From an uncultured bacterium (GTDB lineage: Bacteria > Patescibacteriota > Minisyncoccia > Phycocordibacterales > UBA9973), in the NCBI GenBank assembly GCA_937903035.1, contig CALCZP010000003.1, forward strand, positions 65,156 to 129,155: 64,000 nucleotides of DNA, in the 5' to 3' direction. Made by a program: the position numbers and the translations under genes. The notes below the pieces were generated by a model. The model ran no database searches, was not told where the DNA came from, and saw nothing but the letters and a program-made list of their open reading frames with translations. Below are positions 28,662 to 37,810 of this stretch, one piece after another; the stretch's first letter is position 1; every line of letters starts with the position of its first letter.

Positions 28662-28847
28662 ATCGTAAACGTTAGGAATTCCCCAAGGGAATTGTCTAGT
28701 AATGTTTGTCAGTGCGCTCAAGCTTTGATGCTTTAAGCTAGGTTCATTATAATACAAGGGTTTTTTGGCGCTACCTTGACGAAATCAGGATATATTTTAT
28801 TTTGTTTCGCACTTTTATGACAAAAAATACGTTTTTGAGCACTCTTT

Positions 28848-30335
28848 TTATCGCGCGTAGTCGGTGATACGTGTCTCGCGAATGATGGTGACCTTGATCT
28901 GACCAGGGTAGCGGAGCTCTGTCTCGATAGAGAGTGCAATGCTGCGAGCGAGTGATCTTGCCTCGATGTCAGACACATTCTCAGGATGCACAAAGATGCG
29001 AATTTCGCGTCCGGCTTGGAGTGCAAACGCTTTTTCGACACCTTTGAACCGTGAAGCGAGACTTTCAAGCTCACCGAGGCGCTTGAGATAGAGCTCAGCG
29101 CTATCACGCCGTGCGCCAGGACGAGCACCCGAGATCATGTCGGCTGTCTGTACAATCACCGCTTCGAGACTTTCATGGGGTACATCATCGTGATGACTCT
29201 TCATAGCGCTGATGATGCGTTCGTCGGTACCAAATCGACGAAGAACCTTAATGCCGATATCTACATGAGTACCTTCAAATTCGTGATCAAGTGCCTTGCC
29301 GATGTCGTGAACAAGTGCGGCAGTCTTTGCAATATAGGGGTCTGCGCCAACTTCGGATGCGAGCATCTCCGCGATATGTGCCATTTCGATTGAGTGTGCA
29401 AGGACATTTTGGCCATAGCTGGTGCGGAAGTGAAGTCTGCCGAGGGTAGCAACAACGCGTGGGTCGAGATTGTAAATACCGCACTCATACACTGCAGCAG
29501 CGCCTCGATCTTTGATGATCTCATGAATTGCACTCTTGGACTTTTCAATTTCTTCTTCAATCTTTGCAGGTTGAATGCGGCCGTCTTTGAGGAGGGATTG
29601 GAGTGCATGGACTGCAATCGCCCGTCTGACTGGGTCAAAACATGACACAACAATAGCCCCCGGTGTTTCATCAACAAGAAGCTCTACGCCCGAGAGTCGC
29701 TCAAAGACACGAATGTTGCGACCTTCCTTGCCGATGATTTTGCCTTTTTGGTCATCACTCTCGAGGCTTACACTTGCAGTTGAGAGTTCGATCACTGTAG
29801 GCACTGCCAGGCGCTGTATCGTAGCCATTAGAATATTCTTTGCGCGATCGTTTATATTCTCATTCAGTGAGTGATCAAGTTTGTGTACTCGGGCTTGAAG
29901 ATCTTGGGCAAAGGTTATTTCTGCCTGTTTCAAGAGATCGGTATATGCGTCCTCAATACTGCATCCGGTAATACGCTCAAGAAGTGTTGTCTGTTGTGCG
30001 ACTTGTGCTGCAAGATCTTGTTCTGACTCAAGGAGTTGGGCCGCCTTGTATTCGAGGATAGTGGATTTGTCATCAAGCTCCTGCTGTCGCTCATCAAGGA
30101 GTGATTCTTTTCGGATGAGTCGATCTTCATGTATCTTGAGCTCATGCCTGACGAGCTCTGCCTTGTCATGCGCCTCATCAACAATCTCCTGTGCCTGTTC
30201 GCGTGCATGTATGAGACGCTCGGAGACTGAGAGCTCAAGTGAGTTTTTTTTGAGAATGAACAATACTGCTCTAACGCTGTAACCAAAGAGTCCTCCAGCG
30301 AGAAGCATGGCAAAAGCGACGAATGTATCGCTCAT
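28848..30335 (-). CDS. rny: Ribonuclease Y
   Basis: N-terminal TM, coiled coil, KH motif KGKIIGKEGRNIR, RTSYGQNVL.HS, HDIGKA, SGARPGAR. Confidence 0.96.
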   Translation of the reverse strand: MSDTFVAFAMLLAGGLFGYSVRAVLFILKKNSLELSVSERLIHAREQAQEIVDEAHDKAELVRHELKIHEDRLIRKESLLDERQQELDDKSTILEYKAAQLLESEQDLAAQVAQQTTLLERITGCSIEDAYTDLLKQAEITFAQDLQARVHKLDHSLNENINDRAKNILMATIQRLAVPTVIELSTASVSLESDDQKGKIIGKEGRNIRVFERLSGVELLVDETPGAIVVSCFDPVRRAIAVHALQSLLKDGRIQPAKIEEEIEKSKSAIHEIIKDRGAAAVYECGIYNLDPRVVATLGRLHFRTSYGQNVLAHSIEMAHIAEMLASEVGADPYIAKTAALVHDIGKALDHEFEGTHVDIGIKVLRRFGTDERIISAMKSHHDDVPHESLEAVIVQTADMISGARPGARRDSAELYLKRLGELESLASRFKGVEKAFALQAGREIRIFVHPENVSDIEARSLARSIALSIETELRYPGQIKVTIIRETRITDYAR

Positions 30336-30336
30336 G

Positions 30337-30927
30337 TTATTTTACGATTTCAGGTTTGGTAATGACTGCGTCGATAATACCGTATACTTCCGCTTCGTTT
30401 GGATCCATATAGAAGTCGCGATCAGTTTCCTTTTCAACTTTTGCAAGCTTTTGGCCAGTATGTTTGACGATCAGTTCGTTGAGCATCTTTTTTGATTTCA
30501 AGATTTCTCGTGCTTGTATCTCGATGTCACTTGCCTGACCTTGGACACCTCCCCATGGCTGGTGAATCATAATACGTGAGTGAGGGAGTGAGAAACGCTT
30601 TTTCTTTGCACCACCGAGGAGGAGGATGGCACCCATGGATGCTGCGAGTCCGACACAGATCGTTGATACATCAGGTTTAATGAATTGCATCGTGTCATAG
30701 ATTGCCATACCAGCAACCACTGATCCGCCTGGGGAGTTGATATAGAGCTGGATGTCCTTTTTGGGATCTTCGTTAGCAAGGAAGAGAAGTTGTGCGATCA
30801 CGAGGTTTGCGGTGTGATCGTTGATCTCATCATTGAGGAAAATAATACGGTCCTTGAGGAGACGTGAGTAAATATCATAGGCACGCTCGCCCATATTGGT
30901 CTTTTCGATAACAGTTGGGATTAACAT
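30337..30927 (-). CDS. clpP: ATP-dependent Clp protease proteolytic subunit
   Basis: [35 protein letters not shown]. Confidence 0.97.
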   Translation of the reverse strand: MLIPTVIEKTNMGERAYDIYSRLLKDRIIFLNDEINDHTANLVIAQLLFLANEDPKKDIQLYINSPGGSVVAGMAIYDTMQFIKPDVSTICVGLAASMGAILLLGGAKKKRFSLPHSRIMIHQPWGGVQGQASDIEIQAREILKSKKMLNELIVKHTGQKLAKVEKETDRDFYMDPNEAEVYGIIDAVITKPEIVK

Positions 30928-31047
30928 AGAAATACAAAAACAAATGGATAAAAGTCGGTCGGTCGTGGCAGAAATGCTGACAAATTCACTATAGCGTCGT
31001 TTGACTTTTTATGCAAAAACAGTAGAGTTATATAAAATCAAACTGTT

Positions 31048-31332
31048 ATGACAACCATATATGTTCGACTCCAAAGCGGTGCTCTGTCAAATTTCTTTTC
31101 AGGTAATTACGCTATTTTACATAGCCAAGATAAACCTATTGCCATTCTTGCAACTTACGTAGAAAGGCTTAATGCTTATGCTATTAAGAAAAGAGAATTT
31201 CTCAAAAGACTTTTAGAAACAAAAAAATGTCCTCAGGAAGAACATGAAAATCTACTCTTTTTAAAAACTTCTTGTAAAAATGACGAAGAAATCATAATTC
31301 CTTTTGAGGATTGTGATGAAAAATTTGCTTAG
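31048..31332 (+). CDS. AT-rich orphan hypothetical protein inserted between tig and clpP
   Basis: 94-aa ORF with upstream TTGACT...TAGAGT and a downstream hairpin. Confidence 0.55.
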   Translation: MTTIYVRLQSGALSNFFSGNYAILHSQDKPIAILATYVERLNAYAIKKREFLKRLLETKKCPQEEHENLLFLKTSCKNDEEIIIPFEDCDEKFA

Positions 31333-31335
31333 TAA

Positions 31336-31357
31336 AAATCCCCGCCAGAAGCGGGGA
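31336..31357. repeat. 22-bp hairpin, copy 2 (bidirectional terminator/REP-like)
   Basis: Identical to 25540-25561. Confidence 0.75.
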
Positions 31358-31363
31358 TCTTTT

Positions 31364-32401
31364 TTATTTTTGATCTTCAAGCATTGAGAGGACTTTCTCA
31401 TTGGTGAGGAGCATATCCACGTACGCTTTCGTTCGATATGCATCAGCACCAGGATACATTGCCATGAACTTTTCAGTTTCAGCATCGATCTCTTCGTCGG
31501 TTGGAGCCGTACCTTCGGCACGTGCAATGGCATTGATGATGAGCTGGAAGCGCGCACGCTTTTCTGCTTCATCTTTGAATTCTTCCATGATACCTTCACG
31601 AGTTTTCTCAGTGTGCTTGAGGTATTCCTCGATGGTGCCACCTGCACGAGCGATGTCTGCCTCGATCTGCGCAAGCATCTTTTCTTGCTCTGATTTGATC
31701 ACAATCTCTGGTACTTCAAATGAAGTCTCAGCAACGATACTATCGATGATTGCAATGCGACGCTTGTCTTTTGCATCCTGTGCTTTTTCCTTGCCAATGT
31801 TCTCGGCAATCTTTGCACGGAATGCTGCGAGATCTGCAAAGTCCCCGAATGACTTGATGAATGCATCATCTACTTCAGGGAGCGGCTCCGCATGGCCGTG
31901 CTCTTCACCATGGTGATGGACGTGTCCGTAGGCACGCATCTGGCGAAGCTCCTCAATCACTTTGTCGATATCTGCTTCGGTGTGTGTTTCTGCTTCAGCA
32001 GAGGGGGCATTCTTTGCAATTTTTTTGTAGTCAGGGAGTTTGATTTCAGGTACAACAGCAGCCTTGATACTAAAGCAAAGTTCGTTGCCGCGAGCGATTT
32101 TGGTTATGGTGACTTCTGGTCGACCAATCACATCGAGCTCTTGTTCCTTGAGGATCGCAGGGTAATACTCCTGGATTGCGAGCTCTGCCATGTCGCCAAG
32201 CATAATTTCGTCCCCGATCTGCGCTTTTGCAATATGCTCAGGTACGTGCCCCTTGCGGAAGCCGTCTACTGAGACATGTGCTGAGAGGCGTTCAAAGGCT
32301 TTCTTTTCAAAAGCGGAAAGTGCATCCCAGGTGATTGAGCCTGAAATTTCGATCATGCTGCCAGGAAGTGCAGCAACGGTTGCGCTATATTTGGTATTCA
32401 T
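31364..32401 (-). CDS. tig: Trigger factor (short; FKBP domain apparently absent)
   Basis: Ribosome-binding motif GFRKGHVP; C-domain LPEVDDAF...EVPE. Confidence 0.9.
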   Translation of the reverse strand: MNTKYSATVAALPGSMIEISGSITWDALSAFEKKAFERLSAHVSVDGFRKGHVPEHIAKAQIGDEIMLGDMAELAIQEYYPAILKEQELDVIGRPEVTITKIARGNELCFSIKAAVVPEIKLPDYKKIAKNAPSAEAETHTEADIDKVIEELRQMRAYGHVHHHGEEHGHAEPLPEVDDAFIKSFGDFADLAAFRAKIAENIGKEKAQDAKDKRRIAIIDSIVAETSFEVPEIVIKSEQEKMLAQIEADIARAGGTIEEYLKHTEKTREGIMEEFKDEAEKRARFQLIINAIARAEGTAPTDEEIDAETEKFMAMYPGADAYRTKAYVDMLLTNEKVLSMLEDQK

Positions 32402-32430
32402 AGGTCGAGAGTCTACCACGAGGGGCAGTA

Positions 32431-32874
32431 TTATGCACCAACGGTGTCAGTGAGGGCACCTTTGAGCGAGAGAAGACTTTGAATAAGAGCAAGTCGGAGG
32501 GTTTCGAAGCTTGTTTCTACTACCTGAACATCTTTTGCGGTGACAGCTTTGCTATCAGTGGTGAGCTTTGCATAGGCGTCGATTGCTGCTTTGGTGTTTG
32601 CGATTGCAAGAGTAGTCTTGTCGATTGCTGCCTGAGAAGTCTTGATATCGATACCTTTTTCGGCTAAACGACTGGTTGCTGCTTGGATACGAGCCTGAAA
32701 TGAGATCATGCGACCAAGGAGAGCACGAAAGTCTGCTTCAGTCTTGATTTCGACAGCTTTTTCCTCCACAGGAGCTTTTTCGCCTTGTTTTGCAACACTT
32801 TGTGCGGAAACAGGTGAGAGACCACCAAAGGTAGCCATGAGTGCCAATACAATATATATGTACGCTTTCTTCAT
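32431..32874 (-). CDS. Secreted helical hypothetical protein
   Basis: Signal peptide MKKAYIYIVLALM...VSAQ. Confidence 0.7.
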   Translation of the reverse strand: MKKAYIYIVLALMATFGGLSPVSAQSVAKQGEKAPVEEKAVEIKTEADFRALLGRMISFQARIQAATSRLAEKGIDIKTSQAAIDKTTLAIANTKAAIDAYAKLTTDSKAVTAKDVQVVETSFETLRLALIQSLLSLKGALTDTVGA

Positions 32875-32961
32875 ACCTCCTATTATACATACTTCTGGTA
32901 AAAAATCCAGGCTTTTGTAAAGGGTGAATAACAAAAAGCCTCCTATAACGGAGGCTTTTTG

Positions 32962-33492
32962 TTATTGTTGGTATTTCTCAGTATAGAGTTTCTGGGAGTG
33001 GGCGATGGCTTTGTGGGCATCAGCTTTGTCGCCCCAGTCTTCTACTTTCACTTCCTTGTTCTGAATCTGCTTGTAGGTCATGAAGAAATGCTGGATCTCT
33101 TTGACGGTATGCTTGTTGATCTCAGAGAGGTCAGTGACTTCGTCCCATCGTGGATCCTTTTCAGGTACGGCGATGATTTTGGCATCAGAGTCCCCGTCGT
33201 CGATCATGTTCATGATTGCTACAGGGCGAACTTTCACCAAAATACCAGGAGATAGTGGGTATGTGGTGAGTACAACTACGTCCAACGGATCACCGTCTTC
33301 CCAGTGTGACTGCGGCATGAATCCGTAATCAAATGGATAGTCCTGACTTGAGTGCATAGCGCGATCAAGCATGATCATACCGGTCTCTTTGTCTATCTCG
33401 TACTTATTCTTTGAACCCTTCGGAATTTCAATAATGACATTGATGATCTCAGGCGTGTTCTTGCCGGCAGTAATATCGTGAAGGAGGTTCAT
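32962..33492 (-). CDS. ppa: Inorganic pyrophosphatase (family I)
   Basis: IEIPKGSKNKYE, YPFDYG, DGDPLDV. Confidence 0.96.
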   Translation of the reverse strand: MNLLHDITAGKNTPEIINVIIEIPKGSKNKYEIDKETGMIMLDRAMHSSQDYPFDYGFMPQSHWEDGDPLDVVVLTTYPLSPGILVKVRPVAIMNMIDDGDSDAKIIAVPEKDPRWDEVTDLSEINKHTVKEIQHFFMTYKQIQNKEVKVEDWGDKADAHKAIAHSQKLYTEKYQQ

Positions 33493-33493
33493 A

Positions 33494-34720
33494 TTATGCA
33501 GTTTCTTCGCTATTTAATACTTCTTCGACTGGTTCGACGAGAGCTGTTTCTCCCATTGCTTCAGCTGCAAGATCTTTGAGAGAAACGAAATCGTCACCTT
33601 CTGGTTTGAGCATATCTTCGGATGCTTCTGCTTCGGTGCCCTTGATATCGATTTTCCATCCAGTGAGCTTTGCAGCAAGACGAACGTTCTGTCCACCTTT
33701 ACCAATGGCGAGAGAGAGCTGATCTGGAGTTACTTCAATCGTCGCCTTGTGTTCTGCTTCATCAAGAGTGATATCAAGTACTCGTGCTGGGGAGAGGGCT
33801 TTGCGAACAAATTCTTCGGGATCAGGAGACCATTCAATAATATCGATTTTCTCACCACCGAGTTCATTCATCACGGTTGAGACGCGAACACCTTTCTGAC
33901 CAACACATGATCCGACTGGATCAATATTCTGATCATCGGTCCATACGGCAATCTTTGAACGACGGCCGCCTGGTTCACGCGCAATAGCCTTTATTTGGAC
34001 AAGTCCGTTTGCAACTTCAGGGCTCTCGTATGCAAAGAGCTTTTCGAGAAATTTCGGATGGGTACGAGAAAGTCTGAGGTTTACGCCGCGAGGAGACTCC
34101 TCAACATTGTAAAGATATGCTCGGATGCGTGCGCCACGAGCATAATGTTCACCAGGAATCTGTTCATTTGGAGGGATAACACCGACTGCACGGTTAAAAT
34201 CTACAAATACGTTACCTCGATCAATTTTTTGGATGTGACCAGAGACAATATCACCTTCTTTGCTGCCAAATTCGTCTAAGATAGAAGTGCGCTCTGCTTC
34301 GCGGATGCGCTGCATGATAACTTGTTTTGCAGTTTGAGCTGCGATACGACCAAAGTCATCCTTTGGTTCGAGGGGGAATACAATTTCATCTCCGATTGCT
34401 GCATCAGTCTTCATGATACGAGCATCTTCAAGGAGAATGTGTTTCTCTTCATTATAATGTTCGCGTTCCTCGTCTTCGTGCTCGGGTTCTTCGGTGAAGT
34501 ACACCATTGAGTCGTCAACGACAGTCTTTACCTGCTCAAATGCAAAGGTACCACCATCAAGATCAATAGCTGCACGGACAACTTGGCCTTTTTTGCCATA
34601 TTCTTTTTTGTACGCGGCAGCAAGTGACTGTTCGATAGCGTCGATAAGTTTGTCGCGCGCGATACGACGCTCTCCTTCGAGCTGTTCGATCGCTAATTTA
34701 AGTGCTTTGATATCTAACAT
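33494..34720 (-). CDS. nusA: Transcription termination/antitermination factor NusA
   Basis: FGRIAAQTAKQV, S1 domain, AREPG.RSKIAV, AIGKGGQNVRLAAKLTGWKIDI. Confidence 0.97.
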   Translation of the reverse strand: MLDIKALKLAIEQLEGERRIARDKLIDAIEQSLAAAYKKEYGKKGQVVRAAIDLDGGTFAFEQVKTVVDDSMVYFTEEPEHEDEEREHYNEEKHILLEDARIMKTDAAIGDEIVFPLEPKDDFGRIAAQTAKQVIMQRIREAERTSILDEFGSKEGDIVSGHIQKIDRGNVFVDFNRAVGVIPPNEQIPGEHYARGARIRAYLYNVEESPRGVNLRLSRTHPKFLEKLFAYESPEVANGLVQIKAIAREPGGRRSKIAVWTDDQNIDPVGSCVGQKGVRVSTVMNELGGEKIDIIEWSPDPEEFVRKALSPARVLDITLDEAEHKATIEVTPDQLSLAIGKGGQNVRLAAKLTGWKIDIKGTEAEASEDMLKPEGDDFVSLKDLAAEAMGETALVEPVEEVLNSEETA

Positions 34721-34815
34721 ATGTAATTGTTATTCTATTTTTTATAAAAAAATATCCCCGGACGAGTGGAGACATTTGCGATTGCACTATACCATGAAGT
34801 ATACTTGTATGACAA

Positions 34816-36273
34816 ATGAAACAGATATCCGGTCGCGCTATCTTTCTCTCGCTTCTTTTCGTCATTCTTATTGGTGGCGCAATCAAAATTTTTGCATCCG
34901 CAAGTGAAAATGTAACTGGCTACGCATGGTCATCAAACATTGGATGGCTCAGCATGAATAACTGCCAGAATGGTACCTGTGGACCTCAGGGGTATGGTGT
35001 TTCAATGATGTCGACAGCTCCTGGTACGATCAGTGGCTACGCATGGTCATCAAACATTGGATGGGTTACGTTTAATGATACTGGATGTCCTTCAACGGTG
35101 AGTGGTTGTACTGGAGGTGCATCGATTGATTGGGCTCATCCAAATAGTGATAGTACAGTCAATCTAAAAGGGTGGGCACGCGCCTGTTCAGTATTTGCAA
35201 GCGGCTGCAGTGGCGCACTTGCTGCTGATACACGTCGAGGTGGCTGGGATGGTTTTATATCTCTTAATGGCAGTAATTGGGGAGGAAAGCTTAATCCTAC
35301 GACTGGTGTGGTGACTGGCTACGCATGGGGATCAGAGATTATTGGATGGATGTCACTGACAGGAATGCAGATAGGGATACCACCGCAGCAACCTGTTACA
35401 GTAACCCTTGCTTCTGCAGATGCGTGTATACCAGCTGGTCAAAAAGGACGTTTCACCTGGGATGTTACTCCGCATAGTGCAACAAGTAGATATAATACGG
35501 GAGGTGGTGCTGGTCCTAATATTGGTGGTTGCGATATCATTAAGGGTACTAAAGCAGATCCTATTTGTGAAAAGACTACTCGAGGTGATGGTACAGGAGG
35601 AAGTCCAAATACCTATCAATATATAGAGCACACACCAGCAGATCCTTCTACAGATGATCTATGTCCTGATGAATTTGATGTTCCAAGTACTGCATTGCTC
35701 GCAGGTGGTAGTCATAACTTTCAGTCAAATGTATTTACCACTATTGGTGGAACTACGTATTATCAAACATCGCTCACACCAGCAATGAGTGATTCAGAAC
35801 CGTATATATTGCGTTGTTATGATGTGGTCAATCAGACGCAGTATGATTCACCGCAGGTATTTGTTAGTCAGTGTCCCGCACCAACTGAGGATTTCACTAT
35901 CACTGCAACACCTTCAAGTCAAAAGCTCGTTGATGGCACAGGGATTAATCTTGGTAAAAAAGTAGCGACGTTCACTATAGCGGTAAATCCTATCAGTGGT
36001 TTTGGTGCTGCGGGAGATAGTGTGGTACTTGCAATTCAGTCATACCCAACAATGCCCCCAAGTACAACATTCAACTTTAGCTCTCCGACACTCAACTGGA
36101 ACGGATCATCGTTCGGTACTGCAACACTTACGGTGGTTATTAATGCAAATGAAGTTACCACTGCAAGTTATACACCGATTGTGATCTCTGGTACTTCAAC
36201 ACCAGGGGTGCGTACCACAAGTGTTACCGTTGGAGGTAAGGGGAAGAAGCAGACGATTTTTGAAGAAATCTAG
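34816..36273 (+). CDS. Secreted/surface protein with GYAWSSNIGW repeats and C-terminal Ig-like beta-rich region
   Basis: Signal/TM N-terminus; repeats GYAWSSNIGW x2, GWAR...GWDGFISL and GYAWGSEIIGW; many Cys. Confidence 0.8.
   Translation: MKQISGRAIFLSLLFVILIGGAIKIFASASENVTGYAWSSNIGWLSMNNCQNGTCGPQGYGVSMMSTAPGTISGYAWSSNIGWVTFNDTGCPSTVSGCTGGASIDWAHPNSDSTVNLKGWARACSVFASGCSGALAADTRRGGWDGFISLNGSNWGGKLNPTTGVVTGYAWGSEIIGWMSLTGMQIGIPPQQPVTVTLASADACIPAGQKGRFTWDVTPHSATSRYNTGGGAGPNIGGCDIIKGTKADPICEKTTRGDGTGGSPNTYQYIEHTPADPSTDDLCPDEFDVPSTALLAGGSHNFQSNVFTTIGGTTYYQTSLTPAMSDSEPYILRCYDVVNQTQYDSPQVFVSQCPAPTEDFTITATPSSQKLVDGTGINLGKKVATFTIAVNPISGFGAAGDSVVLAIQSYPTMPPSTTFNFSSPTLNWNGSSFGTATLTVVINANEVTTASYTPIVISGTSTPGVRTTSVTVGGKGKKQTIFEEI
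34917..35064 (+). repeat. 31-bp exact intragenic direct repeat (34917-34947 and 35034-35064)
   Basis: TGGCTACGCATGGTCATCAAACATTGGATGG occurs twice. Confidence 0.85.
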
Positions 36274-36293
36274 TATACTTATACATACATAGT

Positions 36294-36620
36294 ATGAATG
36301 ACATTGTGCCAGCAACAGAGCAATCACTACCTATTGTAGAAAAGAAATCTCCTTTTTCTTTTCTACAAAAAGTTCCATGGCGTATCGTACTTCCTACTAT
36401 TTTTTTAGTTGTAGTGATTGCTATTTTTTTCTATATTCGTTCGACGAGAACCCAAAATACTCCTATCGAAACACTGCAAGATCTACGTACGAGCTCAATG
36501 CCGCCAATTGAATCAGAGGTACTCCGTACCTATGTAACACAAAAGACCGCTGCAACTTCTAAGCCGTATCGTCCTTCAAGAGAAACACAGCTTCAGATGC
36601 TTGAGAAGCTCGAACAATAA
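36294..36620 (+). CDS. Small single-pass membrane protein
   Basis: TM IVLPTIFLVVVIAIFFYI; 6 nt upstream of the next gene. Confidence 0.7.
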   Translation: MNDIVPATEQSLPIVEKKSPFSFLQKVPWRIVLPTIFLVVVIAIFFYIRSTRTQNTPIETLQDLRTSSMPPIESEVLRTYVTQKTAATSKPYRPSRETQLQMLEKLEQ

Positions 36621-36626
36621 TATTGT

Positions 36627-37799
36627 ATGAATACTCTTTTTAAACAACTCTCACTCTTACTACCTGCACTATGTATTGCTGGTATTGCAGGAGCATATAC
36701 TCCACCTACGACTACCGCTCCAGGGGATAATACCGATGGGCCTATTACGATAGGTGCTACTAATGATGCTAAAAATGGTAGTTTGAATGTTGGTACATTT
36801 CAAGCACGTGGTAATGCATTACTTGCTCAGGATGTGTATGTGTCAGGACTCATCAATGGTGGTCATCCGTCTGATACCACTTCAACAGTGACAATCGGAA
36901 GTGCAGCTACACCAATGAAAACCATTGTTTCTGGAACCATTAGTGCTGCAAATGGGCAGTCGGGAACATTAAGTCATAGTGGAACTGGCACAAAAAATGT
37001 CTGCGCAGCTCCAGACGGTACATACATATTGTGTGGCGCTACTCCTACTGATGTTTGTCCAAATATTGCCGGCGCCCAAGCATCAATTCCTGCAGGAATG
37101 GTTATTAATGGTGCCGGGAATTGTATTGTTGAAGATCAACCAATCGATCCTGGTGTAGGTGGTGCTGGTACAGGAGGAACATTTGCAACTTGTTTTGTTG
37201 CAGATACACGAGTCACTCTTTCAGATGGGTCAAAGAAAAATATTCAGGACGTACAAATTGGTGATGTACTTCGAGGTGAGACTAGTAATAATACAGTGCT
37301 TGCATTTCACCGACCAAAACTCAATGGCATGATTTACTCATTCAATGGCGGACGATATTTTGTGACCGAAGAGCACCCATTCATGACAACTGAGGGGTGG
37401 AAGTCGATTAATCCTGAAAAAACTGCTCTTGAAAATATTGGTATTGAAGTTACCTCGCTTGAAGTAGGTGATACACTCATTACTGATCATGGTCTTGTAC
37501 TATTGACGACGATTCATGGAAAAGCGGAGTCATCTGATACTGATCTGTATAACTTCATGCTCAGCGGTGACCGGACTTACTTTGCTGATGGCTATCTCGT
37601 GCATAATAAAGCACAGTGTAGTGGGTCTACTAGTTGTGGTCCGAACCAGTACTGTATTAATAATGCAGGAGCTGTAATTACATCAGGTGGGGGATCTTGT
37701 TCTCTTGTTTGTACTCCTGGGGGGAATGTACCGACTACTGGATGTCAATCACCAAAAACACCGTATTGTGCAAGTGATAATACTGTTCGCTGTCATTAA
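36627..37799 (+). CDS. Exported protein with an internal Hint (intein-like) domain and an 8-Cys C-terminal peptide; paralog 1
   Basis: Signal peptide; conserved N-module; Hint block A CFVADTRV (37191), block B TEEHPF, blocks F/G YNFMLSGDRTYFADGYLVHN (ends 37607). Confidence 0.88.
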   Translation: MNTLFKQLSLLLPALCIAGIAGAYTPPTTTAPGDNTDGPITIGATNDAKNGSLNVGTFQARGNALLAQDVYVSGLINGGHPSDTTSTVTIGSAATPMKTIVSGTISAANGQSGTLSHSGTGTKNVCAAPDGTYILCGATPTDVCPNIAGAQASIPAGMVINGAGNCIVEDQPIDPGVGGAGTGGTFATCFVADTRVTLSDGSKKNIQDVQIGDVLRGETSNNTVLAFHRPKLNGMIYSFNGGRYFVTEEHPFMTTEGWKSINPEKTALENIGIEVTSLEVGDTLITDHGLVLLTTIHGKAESSDTDLYNFMLSGDRTYFADGYLVHNKAQCSGSTSCGPNQYCINNAGAVITSGGGSCSLVCTPGGNVPTTGCQSPKTPYCASDNTVRCH

Positions 37800-37810
37800 T
37801 ATATAGATAG

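Noticed and set aside
34720-34816. oriC at the gene-orientation switch
   Set aside because: The spacer is under 100 bp with no DnaA boxes; it contains only divergent promoter-like boxes.
37191-37607. Mobile splicing intein
   Set aside because: No homing endonuclease, the +1 residue is Lys, and the host is a secreted protein. Better explained as a cleaving Hint domain.
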